A stretch of DNA of 64,000 nucleotides from assembly GCA_002633005.1 (NCBI GenBank), contig NMRA01000384.1, positions 366,845 through 430,844 on the forward strand, in the 5' to 3' direction. Numbering within the stretch: the first letter of the stretch is position 1; every line of letters begins with the position of its first letter. This stretch comes from Phoronis australis (Eukaryota; Animalia; Phoronida). Of the stretch, positions 62,113 through 64,000 are shown one piece after another. Position numbers and translations under genes: made by a program. The notes beneath the pieces were generated by a model. It was given only the letters and a program-made list of their open reading frames with translations, had not been told where the DNA came from and ran no database searches.

Positions 62113-63946
62113 ATGTCTGCTGCTGATGAGAATATATTCACCTTCAAAGACAAAAGACTTCCTTCTGATGCAATCCATCACTATTCTCCGGAGCTCAAGT
62201 CCAACAAGACTCCTTTAATCATCGACAATGGTAATCTTTTGCAGAATATTTTTTAAATGCTTCAACTAGCTCTGCGGCTTGTTTCATTTTCATTGTAATC
62301 AAAAATCTGTCTATGAATATTTGTATCTCTTTTGGTCTTGTGTCTAGTTGAACAAACTACATATTTTTGTCTTTTGACTTCGAGTTGTAGACAGTTGTTC
62401 AGCCCCAGCCTGATTATCGTGAAAGGAGCTACGCCATCTTTAGACTGATTTTGATTTGAAAGTCAAAAACAAAAGACTGTAGACTCTTCAAGAAACATGC
62501 CCCTGGACCATGTGTCTGTTTTAAAATGATTACTTTCCAGAGTTCGAGGTTGTCATGGATACGCACACCCCATACCAATCAAGAATAAATTCATTTTCAG
62601 TTATGTGACCAAGACTGAAATTTGTAATTATTTATTAAATAATGATAAATTAATTAAAGTCTGCTCAACATAGCCATTATGGGCTTATACACGGAATTTT
62701 ATGCTATTCACTTTGGTATGTTTTTCTGTTTTATTCAGGATCATACACGTGCAAGGCGGGGTGGGTTACTGATGAGAGTCCTCGTATGACCTTCAAGAAC
62801 CTGATGGCTAAACAGAGGAGTAAGAAAGTGAGTGTCTTTGCTGGGGGGGCCAGGGGGTCTACCTTGCACTCTGTATAGGTCACCCATATGTCGGGCGAGT
62901 GTTTTGAGATGGTTAGTGAATTGACAGAACTTACGCTCCAGACAACTGTTTCTGAAAAATAATCAAATCACACTCGAGCAAAAGTTCCTGAGAACATACA
63001 AATAATCGCTAGTTACTGAGATAAATTCTATGAATTATTTCTAGACTATGAAGTCCTCATAATTACTTGGCAAACCCCTTATTCAGCAATTGCGAATTGT
63101 GAGCGTAAGACCAGACTTAAGTCCCAAGTCACTTTTCATGAAAGAGTCCACTGGTTTTGACACTAGAACCTCAAAAAGGCTAACTTGTAATTAGTTTTCT
63201 TTTAATTCTATTATTTTTTTCATGCTTCAAAAGTTAAAAGCAAAAAATGCTTGTGAGATCAAATATTTCAATAAATTATTAAAAGTTGTAATCCTGCTGA
63301 CTTTCTGAACTACATGCTGTCTTGTAAGCACATTTTCCTTGCACAGCTGCCCATAAACTCACCCATAACATTACTTAAGATGGCCAATTTAGCTGACTAC
63401 AAAGTTCATAGGGTTTTCAGGATTTATGGGCATTATTTTATTAAGAACACTTCAAACTGTCTTGCCGTGGGTGATATGGTGAAATATCATCAAATTAGGA
63501 CACAATGTGGCGTACAAATGAGACTTTTTTGTATTTATTATCATTTTTCCATTAAATGATAAAAGGCATGAAACAGTATTCCAATTTTCAATCTCTCTTT
63601 CCTTGCTACCATCACTGTCATTTAAAAATTGTGGGTATACAATGTTTGAAGCTTTTGACAAATGTCAAAGGTCGATGCTGGCAATTATTTTTTGTCTGTA
63701 CATGATGAAAATTTAACGTTGATATCATTTCTGTTAAAAGGTTAAAACGAGGCTTTGTTTCCCTTTAAGAGTGTCTGGTTTGTTTTGCTTGACATCATTG
63801 TATTAATGTGCTTTTTCTTGCAAGTGTTGTTTTTATTATAGGACACAGAGTTTCAGGTTGGCAATGACATAAGTAACATTGAGGTAGTGAGGTGGCTGTT
63901 GAAGACACAGTTTGACAGAAATGTCGTCACCCAGTATGAAGTGCAG
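62113..63946 (+). CDS. ACTR5: Actin-related protein 5 (INO80 subunit), first three coding exons; continues beyond window
   Basis: Exons 62113-62230, 62739-62827, 63842-63946 splice in frame: [13 protein letters not shown]...[72 protein letters not shown]. Actin-fold IDNGS..AGW plus the Arp5-typical VGND...RW.L...FDRNV. Confidence 0.92.
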
Positions 63947-64000
63947 GTAGTTTATACACTCAGGTTAAACAACTTTCATGTGGGTTTGAAGAGTGCAATG

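Overview
AT-rich, intron-rich animal (invertebrate-like) genomic DNA from a gapped scaffold; this is not prokaryotic, and most computed ORFs are exon fragments or noise. Hand-splicing gives four host genes. (1) Centriolin (CNTRL), minus strand, from ATG 39805 down to at least 3658, with no stop codon found in the window; 29 distinct coding exons, 4 of them present twice in two tandem duplications that are each joined by a single N. (2) HDHD3-like HAD hydrolase, plus strand, 42329-44510, head-to-head with CNTRL. (3) A secreted C1q-domain protein, minus strand, 57734-48761, whose signal-peptide exon lies 8 kb upstream of the computed ORF. (4) The first three coding exons of ACTR5/Arp5, plus strand, from 62113. 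Introns and intergenic DNA hold a Kolobok-like TIR transposon (TTAA TSD, convergent THAP and Cys-rich ORFs, centre hidden by a gap), a decayed L1/Tx1-type LINE, an RNase H/CCHC non-LTR remnant, a probable solo LTR, several MITEs with TSDs, tRNA-derived SINE heads and minisatellites. No clearly new biological system can be demonstrated from the sequence alone. The best leads are the Kolobok-like element, the frame-preserving CNTRL exon duplications (possibly assembly artefacts), the C1q protein architecture and a ~150-bp array of CTCF-like motifs. All coordinates were counted by eye and may be off by a few bases.
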